A stretch of 64,000 bases of DNA from Octopus sinensis (lineage: Eukaryota), in contig NC_042998.1 in assembly GCF_006345805.1 (NCBI RefSeq), positions 42,966,001-43,030,000 on the forward strand, read 5' to 3'. The position numbers were made by a program, and so were the translations under genes. Below the pieces are notes generated by a model, which was not told the origin of the DNA, made no database searches, and was given only the letters and a program-made list of their open reading frames with translations. This document shows positions 1-11,299 of the stretch, in pieces (positions within the stretch are counted from its first letter, which is position 1; each line of letters begins with the position of its first letter).

Positions 1-462
1 ATGATGTTGTTTGTTTCAACATGTTTCACAGTTGGACGTGAGAAATTACATACATTAACACACACATAGATTAACGCACACCTGAAGCCTATCTCTGTCT
101 GTGTGTGTATTGGACGTCACATAAATATATGTATACGGACAAATACATACACCATCATACACATATACTTGTCGGTCATTGGTCTAATTTAAGTAATGAA
201 TATACGAACACACTCATATAGAAAATGTGACATCCCTGTCAACAAGGTGATGACATAAAATGTCATTTGCAATAGGTGACTAAAAGAAAATGACAATGTT
301 AAATTTTTGTAATGCAAATATGTGAATGAAAATATAGTTTAGTTGGTAACCAAAAGCCTACTGAATCTTTTGATACCCATATGTCAAAATCAGCAACTTG
401 GTTTTGGAATGCATAAGGAACATATGCGCGCGCACACACACACACACACACAAACTCTCTTT

Positions 463-487
<25 letters not shown>

Positions 488-494
<7 letters not shown>

Positions 495-700
495 ATTAGG
501 GAGTAAATCCAAACTTACAGGGAAAAATTAGATTTAGGATTAAATTTAATTTTATAGTATAAATATATATATTAAATTAGAGATAAAACCACTATTAGAC
601 AAATCAAACAGTGAAAATCATAAACCAATACATAGAAATAAAATTAATAAAAAATATATAAAATATAAAATTTTAAATTTTAAATTCAAAATTTTATATT
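488..700 (+). repeat. AT-rich dispersed repeat related to the terminal repeat of the Penelope-like element at 60540-63540
   Basis: Shares CCAAACTTACAGGGAAAAATT with the copy at about 60772-60792 and, as reverse complement, with those at about 60612-60632 and 63499-63519. Confidence 0.55.
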
Positions 701-1178
701 TTATATATTTTTTATTAATTAATTTTATTTCTATGTATTGGGACAACTGGTGCTAGTATGTATACGTGCCCGTAAGTTAGCGGTTCAGCAAAAGAACCTG
801 ATAGAATAAGTACTAGGCTTAACAGAAAAAAAAGGTTGTTTATTTTAACACCCAACCACCAAAAAAAAAAAGTGTAATACATGTAAAAAAAAATGTGTAT
901 TAAACGAATATGAAGACAAAAATTTGCACCAATAAACTGGAGGGTGGGGAGAGGACTTTTGGAAAATTCACAAGTTCCAATTTTTTCCCTCATAACTTTT
1001 AGGAAAATGGATATCTTTCAATGAAATTTTATATAAATACCTTTCAAATGGCATAGATTATGATTTTTTTAAAAATTCGTGTGGAAAACTGTTTTTCCGA
1101 GGGTGTGGGGAGAGAACTTTTGGAAAATTCACATGATCCGATTTTTTCCCACATAACTTTTAGGAAAATGGATATCTT

Positions 1179-1481
1179 TGTTGTATAGTGAAACTGTATG
1201 CCCCTCCCGGTAAAGAGTGGTAGGAGCCAGCCATTATAAATAGACCAGTAGCTGGTCATCAAGAGAGGGTCGAAAGTCAAAGAGTTGAGAGTCAACAGTT
1301 CTAGTCAGTGTCTTATGGAGCTATCAGTGATAGTAAGACAAAAGTTAGTATATTACTATTCCAATACGATGAGATACAACAGTATCCAATGACTAGTAAC
1401 TTTTGTGGCTACTAGTGTAAAACAGCAACAGCACAACAGCAGTCACACATCACACCAGTGGGAGGAACCCACTTTACAACA
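1179..1481 (+). mobile_element. Solo LTR (303 bp)
   Basis: Termini TGTTGTA...TACAACA, perfect 5-bp TSD ATCTT (1174-1178 and 1482-1486), internal TATAAATA. Confidence 0.85.
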
Positions 1482-1495
1482 ATCTTTTAATGAAA

Positions 1496-1884
1496 TCTTT
1501 ATATATAAAAGTGAAGTTGTGTGTCTGTCTCCTACGATCTAGATTCCTAACTACTCCCACATTTTGCGGTGCAGTTTAACCAAAACCGGGTATCTTATAG
1601 TCGTGATTCATATCGAGCCCTTCTGGGTATTAGTGCGCGTCTACGATGAGTCTACAATTTAAAAAAAAATTTACCATCATTTTTTTCCATTTTAATGCAT
1701 TTTTCTTGCTATTATATAAGGGAAGTAACTCTCTAAAAATGTCTACGATGAGTCAACGATTTAAAAAAAAATTTACCATAATTTTTTTCCCATTTTTAAT
1801 GCATTTTTTTGCTATTTTTTGGCTATAACTCTCTAAAAATGCTTATATAGTTATTTCCCTTACAAACCCGAGCGATACTGCTAG
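1496..1884 (+). mobile_element. Non-autonomous Helitron
   Basis: 5' TC and 3' CTAG, inserted between A and T with no TSD. Removing it restores the host subrepeat AATGAAA|TTTTATATAAAT. It has an internal duplication of about 100 bp, and the 3' hairpin appears deleted. Confidence 0.8.
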
Positions 1885-2017
1885 TTTTATATAAATGCCT
1901 TTCAAACAGCATAGATTATGATTATAAAAAAAATTGTGGGGAAAATTTCTTTCCAAGGATGTGGGAGAGGACTTTCAAAGAGAAAAAATTCATAAATTAC
2001 TTTTTTGTTTTAGTGTA

Positions 2018-2427
2018 CTCTTTACTTTTTTACATGTTTCAGTCATTTGACTGTGGCCATGCTGGAGTACCACCTTCAGTCGAGCAAATCGACCCCAGGA
2101 CTTATTCTTTGCAAGCCAGTACTTATTCTATTGGTCTCTTTTGCCGAACTGCTAAGTTACGGGGACCAGAACACACCAGCATCGGTTGTCAAGCGATGTT
2201 CAGGGACAAACACAGATACACAACATATACACACACATACATATATATATATACATATATACGATGGGCTTCTTTCAGTTTCCGTCTTCCAAATCCACTC
2301 ACAAGGCTTTCGTCGGCCCAAGGCTATAGTAGAAGACACTTGCCCAAGGTGCCATGCAGTGGGACTGAACTCAGAACCATGTGGTTGGTAAGCAAGCTAC
2401 TTATCACACAGCCACTCCTATGCCTGT
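2018..2427 (-). mobile_element. Full-length tRNA-derived SINE with CORE-like segment (octopus-type)
   Basis: Minus-strand head AGGCATAGGAGTGGCTGTGTGATAAG...GAGTTCAGTCCC has A/B-box-like motifs, followed by CACCTTGGGCAAGTGTC and an internal microsatellite. Many copies occur in the window. Confidence 0.85.
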
Positions 2428-3374
2428 AACAGAAAAATGTTTGAAAAAATTATTTACATTCATTTATTCTTCATTTGAGTAATAGAAAAAGGTTTTAAAA
2501 AAGACCCCAACGGTGGAGATGCAATAAGAACAACTAAATCGCCCTTAACTTTTTTTTCCATAGTGAAACCATATTCAACACTGTATTTATGAATTTGTTT
2601 CTCTCACCATGATAGATGTGATCTTTTTAAAAACCTTTTTCTATAATTCAAACGAAAAATAAATGAATCTAAAAATTTATTTTCAAACTTTTTTCCATTA
2701 CACTCAAGTAAAAAAATAATATATGAATTTCTTTCTCTTCGAAAGTCTTCTCCACACCCCTTCGGAAATACAGTTTTCCCCACGGATTTCTTTGTAATTG
2801 TAATCTGTGCCGTTTGAAAGGTATTTATATAAAATTTCATTGAAAGATATCTATTTTCCTAAAAGTTATGAAGGAAAAAATTGGAACTTGTGAATTTTCT
2901 GAAAGTCCTATCCCCACCCCCAGTTCGTTGGTGCAAATTTTTGCTTTCATATTCGTTTAAAACATGTTTAACACCTATTACACTTGTTTTTTTTTTTTTT
3001 TGTGGCCTGGCGTAAACATTAACCCCCAAAAATGTACTGGTGTCAATTGATTCAACTAAAAATTTTTGAAGGCAGTACCCCAGCATGGCCACAGTCTCAT
3101 GACTGAAAAAATTAGGTTTGGAAAAAATTAAGCTATGTGTGGCCTAGCAGGTAGAGTGTTGTATTCATGATCGTGAGATTGTGGTTTCAATTCTTAGATT
3201 TAAATATTCTTTTATTATTGAACTTCTATTATTTATTCACTCTTGTGTGTGTGTGTGTGTATGTGTGTGAGTGTGTGTATACTTGTGTGTTTTGTACACA
3301 TGCATTCGGTCGCACACACACATATGTCCATATACGCAAACACATACACGCATGCGTATGTATAGATGTATATA

Positions 3375-3660
3375 GGTAGCCCTGTGTGATAAGGAGCTTG
3401 CCTCTCAACAATGTCACCTTGGATTCAATTTCACTGCGCGGCACCTGAGGGAAATATCTCCAGCTACAGCCCTAGGCGGACTAAAGCCTTGTGAGTGAAT
3501 TTGGTAGAGAGAAACACGTCGAATCTATCTATCTGTCTGTTTGTTTGTATTTGTGTTTGTCTTCCATCACCGCTTGGTAACTGGTGCTGTTTTCTTTACA
3601 TCCTTGTAACCTAGCAGCTCGGCAAAAGAGAACGGATAGAGTAAGTACTCGGCTTAAAAA
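3375..3660 (+). mobile_element. Diverged tRNA-derived CORE-like SINE, part of a duplicated block
   Basis: Same family as 2018-2427 and nearly identical to 9750-10040. Confidence 0.75.
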
Positions 3661-3788
3661 TTCTATATTTTGAGAAAAAAACTGCCATTTGTGTGTAATG
3701 GGGTGTTCCATAGTTCAATACATTACTGATGTTTTTCTTCAAACTTAAGCGCTGTTTTTCAGTAAACAGGTAAATTATGTATTGCAAA

Positions 3789-4019
3789 AGGCAGCGAGCT
3801 GGCAGAAACGTTAGCGAGCCGGGCGAAATGCTTAGCGGTATTTCGTCTGTCGTTACGTTCTGAGTTCAAATTCCGCCGAGGTCAACTTTGCCGTTCATCC
3901 TTTCGGGGTCGATAAATTAAGTACCAGTTATGCACTGGGGTCGATGTAATCGACTTAATACCTATGTCTGTCCTTGTTTGTCCCTTCTGTGTTTAGCCCC
4001 TTGTGGGTAATAAAGAAAT
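3789..4019 (+). mobile_element. tRNA-derived SINE with Meta-like central domain
   Basis: GGCAGCGAGCTGGCAGAAACGTTAGC...GAGTTCAAATTCC head and GCCGTTCATCCTTTCGGGGTCGATAAATTAAGTACC domain. TSD of about 21 bp, AGGTAAATTAT(G/C)TATTGCAAA. Confidence 0.85.
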
Positions 4020-4076
4020 AGGTAAATTATCTATTGCAAATTCAGGAGCTAAATATTAGATGAAACTCAGTTAAAG

Positions 4077-4231
4077 CAGTGTCATCTTAAGGCATGGGCA
4101 CACTGGGGTCTGATATGTTTAGGGGTCTAATTCTGATCTGTGTATATGTGGCTCAATGACAATAAATAAGTATTGTAGAGCCCAGAGAATTCATTTGGGT
4201 ACGGGCCAATACTGCTGCAAACGCAACCCTG
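4077..4231. mobile_element. hAT-type MITE
   Basis: CAG...CTG termini; 8-bp TSD AGTTAAAG/GGTTAAAG (7 of 8 match). Confidence 0.6.
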
Positions 4232-4496
4232 GGTTAAAGTGTGTGCACACACAGACCTTCAGTGACCCCGTAGTTAATCTCATGATGTGTCCAAGCTTTT
4301 AATTTCTGGTTACTGTAAATGGTGCTGCTGTTTGTGCTGTCCTCTTTCACTTCGGCTGCCATGTAACATATTCCACCAGATCAAGAGTGCAAGAAGCCGA
4401 GAGGATGTTTATGTCCACTCATGATCATATAGGCACTTAAAATAATTAACAAATGCAGGTTAAATGCTCCAAGTCATATAGGCTTGCAAATGATGA

Positions 4497-4542
<46 letters not shown>

Positions 4543-4877
4543 TATATATGTATGTGTGACAGTAACTGAAGTGTGTCCCCCCACACACGACTGTATACTT
4601 ATTTCATATTTACACACATACATATACAACTGACATATATATTTATTAACATTATAATATAATGTACCATATGTTACATTAGCCAATGAAACAAGTAGCC
4701 AAACTGTTTATATACTCAACAAATGCAGCAGTTACTCTATGAAGGAACCACTAATTTGCATATAGAAAGTGTTTAACGCTCTATAAATACCAGTGACCTG
4801 TCAGCGGGGATCAAGGTATGATATAATATATATGTAACATATGGTATAATTAAAAACAGCAAATTTTAGCCATTTCT

Positions 4878-5097
4878 GGCAGAAACGTTAGCACGCCGGG
4901 CGAAATTCGTAGCCGTATTTCGTCTGTCATTGCGTTCCGAGTTCAAATTCCGCCGAGGTCGACTTTGCCTTTCATCCTTTCGGGGTCGATATATTAAGTA
5001 CCAGTTACGCACTGGGATCGATGTAATCAACTTAATCCCTTTGTCTGTCCTTGTTTGTCCCCTCTGTGTTTACCCCCTTGTGGGTAGCAAAGAAATA
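4878..5097 (+). mobile_element. Meta-like SINE flanked by 96-bp direct repeats
   Basis: Same family as 3789-4019. Flanks 4782-4877 and 5098-5193 differ at two positions. Confidence 0.85.
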
Positions 5098-5330
5098 TAT
5101 AAATACCAGTGACCTGTCAGCAGGGATCAAGGTATGATATAATATATATGTAACATATGGTACAATTAAAAACAGCAAATTTTAGCCATTTCTTCGCAGA
5201 CTGAAAAAAATCATGAACAACTTTAATTGATTTTTGAACCTTATTGGGTTCTCATTAGAGGTGTCTCAGTTTATATATTCAACAAATGCAGCAATTACTC
5301 TATGAAAGGGTCCCTAATTTGCATATATAA

Positions 5331-5574
5331 CAAATATATATTCTACAGTTTGTTTCAATTCATATCCATTTATAAAAAATTCAGAGTAATATTTGTCTAA
5401 AAAGTAGACAAAAATTTCATGCAAGGAAATTTTCATGATTTAGCAGACCTGGCATGTAATTTTTGTTTTTTTTTTAAACAAATATTATCCTGACGAGATT
5501 CATATACATAAATCTGATTTTTTTATAAATTCACAGTGGATATGAATCGAAACAAATTGTATGATATATATTTG
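5331..5574. repeat. Imperfect inverted repeat, probably an inverted partial Penelope-type pLTR
   Basis: CAAATATATATTCTACAGTTTGTTTCAATTCATATCCA pairs with TGGATATGAATCGAAACAAATTGTATGATATATATTTG. The right arm carries a hammerhead motif. Confidence 0.7.
5484..5567 (+). ncRNA. Candidate type I (Penelope-type) hammerhead ribozyme
   Basis: CTGACGA (5490-5496), perfect 9-bp stem II GATTCATAT/ATATGAATC, GAAAC (5549-5553), near-palindromic ACAAATTGT, GTA cleavage triplet (5559-5561). Stem I (TATC/GATA) is offset by one nucleotide. Confidence 0.65.
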
Positions 5575-8449
5575 CTTTAATCATTTGTTATATTATATTA
5601 TATTATGTCTTTTTATAGCATAATTATATTCTACTATAATATTGATAAATTTATAATTTTTCAATTGTATTTCTCTATTTCCTATAATATTTATATATTG
5701 AAATTATACCATTTTAAGTTATGATTTTTTTTCTCTACTATATTGTGATATTTAACTGAAGAACCAGTGAAAATTGGATGCTTTCTATCCCTTTGGAGGA
5801 AATTGTTTTTTTCCTTAGATTGAATAATAATAATAATATTTATGTGTATAATCAAAATTTCTTATCCAATATGTGATTTCGATATTTCTTGAAAGCAAAG
5901 AAAAAAATACATAAAAAGTAAATAAAAAATAATACGGCCTGGCCGCTCCAAAAACATCTGATTGGTGCGTTTAGTAACACCCAGGCATTTACATAACACG
6001 TGGTCGAATATAGGGCGGTTGAAAGGGCATCTATGGCTTGCGAGGTCACAGTCTGTGTTAGGGATTTTCGAAATACAAAGCGGAAAATGTAGAAATAAGA
6101 AAATACACATTTTATTTCTTCTTTTAAGATTTGCATCTTTATTCGAAATAATTTTAAAATACTAGTAAGGGCTGCGAAAAAAGCTTGCCCGAAGCGCCAG
6201 CAAGTCCAACGTTTCAGATCATGAGGTTACTCCACCTATGTGGTATCCAGTACTACGATCTTCCTTATAGCACTAAAAAGCTTCGAAGTGCGCTCTTCGA
6301 AACATTAGAATTCACTCCCACTCTAAGCTCATGAAGAACGAGCTTATTCAGTTTTACAGTGATGCAGTGGGACCGGGTCGCAGTTGGTGCTACGAAATTT
6401 TGGCATCAAATTAAAAAAAGATGCGTAAGTGAAGTTGACAGTTTTTGTGTGTTTTTGATTGGCTACTTTCACGCTTGTGACTGTTTTAGTTTCAATACAG
6501 TCTCAGATCCAATCACTTTGCCACCCCTAATTTTACAGGTTTCGGAAACAGGTTTTCTGAAACTATACCTGTACAAAGTGGATTATTATTATTATTTGTT
6601 GCTGTTCGTGTTCCTTAAAGAGTGTGTGATTCTAGGGATATCTGGTTGCGATTTCCCGTACGTCGCACAACCGCGTAGATAGCAGGCATGGACAACCTTT
6701 TTGGACCTTAAGAGACATGGCTCATCATCAAACCAACCGCACTATTAAAAAAGAAAAAAAGGTAATTTTTCATTAGGTGTGCCGCTAAGAAACTCCCGCA
6801 GACTTCAGCTTGCCCACGATTAGCGTAAAGGTTTCCTTGTGATGTAAACAAAAATAAATTCAACAACTACAATATTGAAAAGAATAACAGTACAAAAATT
6901 TTTATTGCAATAAACATCCCCGAGAACCAGCTCAACATACACGTCTAAAATAAAAATCAACAAATCAGAAAAATACCACGACCGCCAAGCAAAAGAATAA
7001 CAGTTTGACAAAGTAGCACAGTATAGTTTGTCTTTAAAATTAGTTTCAGTATTTGCACTGTTACTTTTGTGTTCAGGTTTTAAATTCATTTTTAAGTAGG
7101 TGAAAATTATTCCTATAGTTATTATTTAGCCTTAGCTGTATTGAAACTGATCGTACTAGGCCTATAATCAAAGGCGTTTCGGCTGTTACTCTCTCTCACT
7201 TCTTTTTTTCATACGCAAAATCCTATTAAATAATGTATCCTTTCTTCCTTATAATTTAATATCTAGAAGGTTGAATACTTGGTCAAAATCGAATAGGTCC
7301 AGTTTCTGAGTAATCTTTAACTAAAGCGGCGTCAATTAAAATGAAAGTAAGAGAAGAATGTGCAATATATAAAAATACCGTGGCTATTTTGATGGCCGAA
7401 ACGAATAAATGCTTAAAATTAGGGTATTCATATGGCAAAAGTATTTCTGTTAAATAACTGTTTCATTTCTCAGTGACAGCGTTTAGTTAATTATAAGCAA
7501 TCATTGTTCAGAATAAAACATTTCGTATTTTAATAAATCATTTCAGAAGTTAACAAAAATTTATCTATTTGAAAGTTTCCGTCAAGCAGGTTTATGAATG
7601 GGAGGTGTATATCAACATCAAGAAGAGTTAAATATAATATACATTACAAGTACATGTAACACTATGTTATAATCAAAAGCAATTTCGAAATGATACAATT
7701 TTACTGACTGTCGCTTCATTCATAATACCTGTATCAAAGTTATTTTTGCACTTTTCTAATTATTGTTCGTTGTATCTAAACTGACGCTTTTTTTTGCTGA
7801 AGATTCACCAATCTCTCTCTCTCTCTGTAATTTCTTTCTTCTATAGTCTCTCTGTAGTCTGTTTATGCGTTCTCTCTTCTCTTCTCTTCTCTTCTCTCTC
7901 TCTCTAATTTATCATTCTTCTATTGTCAAATGTAGCTAGTTTATGCGTGTGCATTATAGTATATGCGTTCTCTACTTGTCAGTGATTGTCGCTTTAAACA
8001 GAAACAATCGCCGAAATAAGTAATTTTAGATTACGATAAAAAGCGAATGAATACATTAAAATACAATTAAAATTATAGCATTACCTAAACGAATATAATA
8101 CTAAAATAGATTTTTAAACAAATTCGGTAACGGAACCCCCCCCCCCCATTTAATTAACTTCATTCGTAATATCATATAAACACAACCCAAAGAAAACTTA
8201 AATATATAATATTTACCGGATTTTTGTTTGAGATTATTTCCAAGCCGCAGAAAGACAACCACGAGGTTACATTTCAATATTACAATGTTTTGTCCAGAAC
8301 AAGGGAGGTCACTCAGATTACTACATTATGCAATAATTAGTGTTGATACATCATCTGTTCGGAGAAAGATTGAGTATATATATTTTTTTTATTTGGTCTG
8401 CGGCTATGCTAGGGCTCCGCCTTATAGGGTTTATTATAATTGTCTATCT

Positions 8450-9140
8450 TTTTTACTGTTTTCAGTCGTTGCACTTGCGGCTATAATGGAGCACCATCTA
8501 GATGGGTTTTAATCGAAATCGAACCGCGGTATTTTTTTTTTAAAGCCTGCTTCTTCTGCTATTAATCTCTTCTGTTGAACAGATAATTTATAGGTCATAA
8601 ACAAAGTAACATCTACTATGAAGCGGTGGTGGGGTCCAACACAACGACACATACATACACACACACGCACGCACACACACACACATACATACATACGCAC
8701 ACACACACACACACATACATACATACATACATACATACATACATCAGACTTCTTTTAGTTTCCGTTTACCAGATTCACTCAAAAGGCTTTTGTCTGTCCA
8801 CGGATAAAGTAGAAAACATTTGCCCCAGGTGCCACGCAGTGGGACTGAATCCAGAACCATGTGGTTGGGAAGGAAACTTCTTACCACACTGTCACGCGAA
8901 CTAATCGACCCCCACCCCCAACACACACTATTTTAAAATTTAGCACTTATTCGATCGGTTACCTTTGCTGAACCGCTAAGTTACGGGAATGTTAACAAAC
9001 CAATACCGTTTGTCAAGCGGTGGGAGTAGAGATTACGGGATTTGAAGGGTTTAGTCGAACAAATAAATGGACACGAATATTTATTTTAAAATTTGGTACT
9101 CATTCCATCGTGTCTTTATTGCCGAACCGCTAAGTTACTG
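8450..9140 (-). mobile_element. Cluster of diverged CORE-like SINE copies
   Basis: TGCCCCAGGTGCCACGCAGTGGGACTGAATCCAGAACCATGTGG and repeated GAACCGCTAAGTTAC segments. Confidence 0.7.
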
Positions 9141-9749
9141 GGACGGAAAGCAACACCGGTAGTTAAATATTGGGTGGTGGTGGATTTTTGCGGCATATGT
9201 ATAAAGAACTGTTAGAACGTGGAACGATATTACGTAACAGTCCTTTACGTTCTGAGTTCAAATCCCGCCGGTGTTGATAAAATATAGTACCACTTGAGTA
9301 CTGGAGTTGATATCGACCAAATACGCCTCTTTCGCTAAATGTGTGAAGCGTACATTTGTAATCACTGTCCTTCGAAGTCCCATTCCTCATAGAGAGAAAT
9401 AGGATAGACTTATTTTCCCCATTTTCAAGAATTCTTATAACAGAAATTACGATTCTGGATATAAGGCTTCGAGGGATAGCCATTCGGAAACTTTGCCAAG
9501 TGAGGCTTTGTGCTTACGTAAGAAGGAATATTTTAAGATATAAATAGCTGTACTGGAATTTCCTGTTTTCTGTTCACGCGTGGGCGCGCACATGTGTGTG
9601 TGAGTGTGTGTGTGTGTGTGTGAGTGTGTGTGTGTGTGCGTGTGTGTGTGTGTGTATACTTGCGTGTTTTGTACACATACATACAGTCGCACATACACAT
9701 ATATACATATACGCAGACTTAGACGCGTGCTTGTGTATAGATGTATATA

Positions 9750-10100
9750 GGCAGGCCTGTGTGATAAGGAGCTTGCCTCTCAACAATGTCATCTTGGATT
9801 CAGTTTCACTGCGCGGCACCCGAGGAAAATATCTCCAGCTACAGCCCTAGGCGGACTAAAGCCTTGTGAGTGAATTTGGTAAAGAGAAACACGTCGAATC
9901 TATCTATATATCTGTCTGTCTGTCTGCTTGTATTTGTGTTTGTCCTCCATCACCGCCTGGCAACTGGTGTTGTCTTCTTTACATCTTTGTAACTTAGCGG
10001 CTCGGCAAAAGAGAACGGATAGAATAAGTACCCGGTTTAAAAATAAAATTACTGATGTTGATTTATTCGATTAAACCCTTCCGGACAGTTCCCCAGCATT
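9750..10100 (+). mobile_element. Diverged CORE-like SINE, second copy of the duplicated block
   Basis: Near-identical to 3375-3660, including upstream flank. Confidence 0.75.
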
Positions 10101-11299
10101 TGTGACATAATTGTTTGGGGGTGTTTGGAATCTGGACATTCCTCCTAAAACCGGAACTTTATCGTCCAAATAAACCGTATTCTTCAATTACACCTTTTCA
10201 AGACAGATACTTTTTAGTTTCCCTCGTTTTGTAGAAATACAGGATCTTTTCTAAAATCCGAAATACGGTATGTTCGGACTAAGTTCGACAGTTTGCATAA
10301 AAGGAAAGAAAACACAATATTCCATCCCAAAATAAAAGTATCTTAAGAAATAAAAAAATATATATATATATGAATTAGATTATGGCTGGGAGATAACAGT
10401 TTACTAAAAGTAGCCGATTCCACCATGCTTTGTGACAGCGCCGGAACCTGGTACCTGCGTTCGACACTGTGTCCCTGGGAAAATCTTCGAACACATCCTC
10501 GATCGTGGCCACCAGCCTCCCCCTTAGTGTTGCGCCCCATACATAGTAATCTATATGATTACAATCAGGGGAATAAGGGGACCATATATTGGGGCTTTCA
10601 AGTACCTCTCCTCGATACCTTTCTGTCGCGGTGTCGCTAAAGATTGACCACTTGGTTGAATGGATTTGACCGTTTGACTTCAGTCTAAAAATAAAAGCTC
10701 TGGAACCAAATAACTGATTTTGTCAACTGAACAAAATCATTTTTCTCTTTGATATTTAATGCTCATTGTTACAGGACTTTTTTGTAAGTTGGAATTTCTC
10801 CCGGATCATAAAGTAATTTGTTGAGAAAATCCTTTCCAAAGGGTGGGGAGAGGACTTCGGAAAATTCACAAGATCCAAGTTTTTTCCTCATGACTTTCAG
10901 GAAAATGGGGGTTTTTTCAATGAAATTTTATATAAATACCTTTGAAACGGCCTACATTATGAATATAAAGTAATTTGTGGGGTAAATCTTGAAGTGGGGA
11001 GAAGACTTTCTGAAAATTCCCAAAATCTGAATTTTTCTTCCTTATATTCCGAAATCACATTCAACTTTCTACAGATACCCTAGCGTTGTACTACTACAAT
11101 ACGAGGTGTTTATTTCTACCCACTATCAATAATTTATAGTGTTTTGGCTTCAATTTTGTTTCATTTTCAATTATTTTTACGCTTTTTTAACTTTTTAAAT
11201 CCTGTTTCCTGACTGGGTGAAAATGATCAAACCTTAAACCTCTATAACTTTTTAAAAACTCTAGCAATTCATGTTGGAAAAGTGCCAGATTTTAAAATT

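Larger units (their letters stand above)
835..3025. mobile_element. Foldback-type non-autonomous DNA transposon with long inverted repeats and internal subrepeats
   Basis: About 860-1180 is the reverse complement of about 2740-2990 (e.g. AAACGAATATGAAGACAAAAATTTGCACC vs GGTGCAAATTTTTGCTTTCATATTCGTTT). It has roughly 160-bp subrepeats, and a further fragment lies at 10820-11045. Ends are approximate. Confidence 0.7.
745..3110 (+). mobile_element. tRNA-derived SINE body split by a large insertion (745-825 and about 3030-3110)
   Basis: 745-825 (GTAAGTTAGCGGTTCAGCAAAAG...GATAGAATAAGTACTAGGCTT) continues at about 3030-3110 (GAAGGCAGTACCCCAGCATGGCCACAGTC...GACTGAAA). These segments are contiguous in the copy at 18380-18540. 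Confidence 0.7.

Noticed and set aside
1959-2429. 156-aa and 114-aa ORFs
   Set aside because: They are antisense readings of a SINE; similar peptides recur at 8626, 29916 and 35983.
5754-5815. Second hammerhead-like motif CTGAAGA...GGAAAT (similar partial motifs at about 17419, 50347 and 58695)
   Set aside because: A convincing GAAAC/stem III/NUH arrangement is missing.
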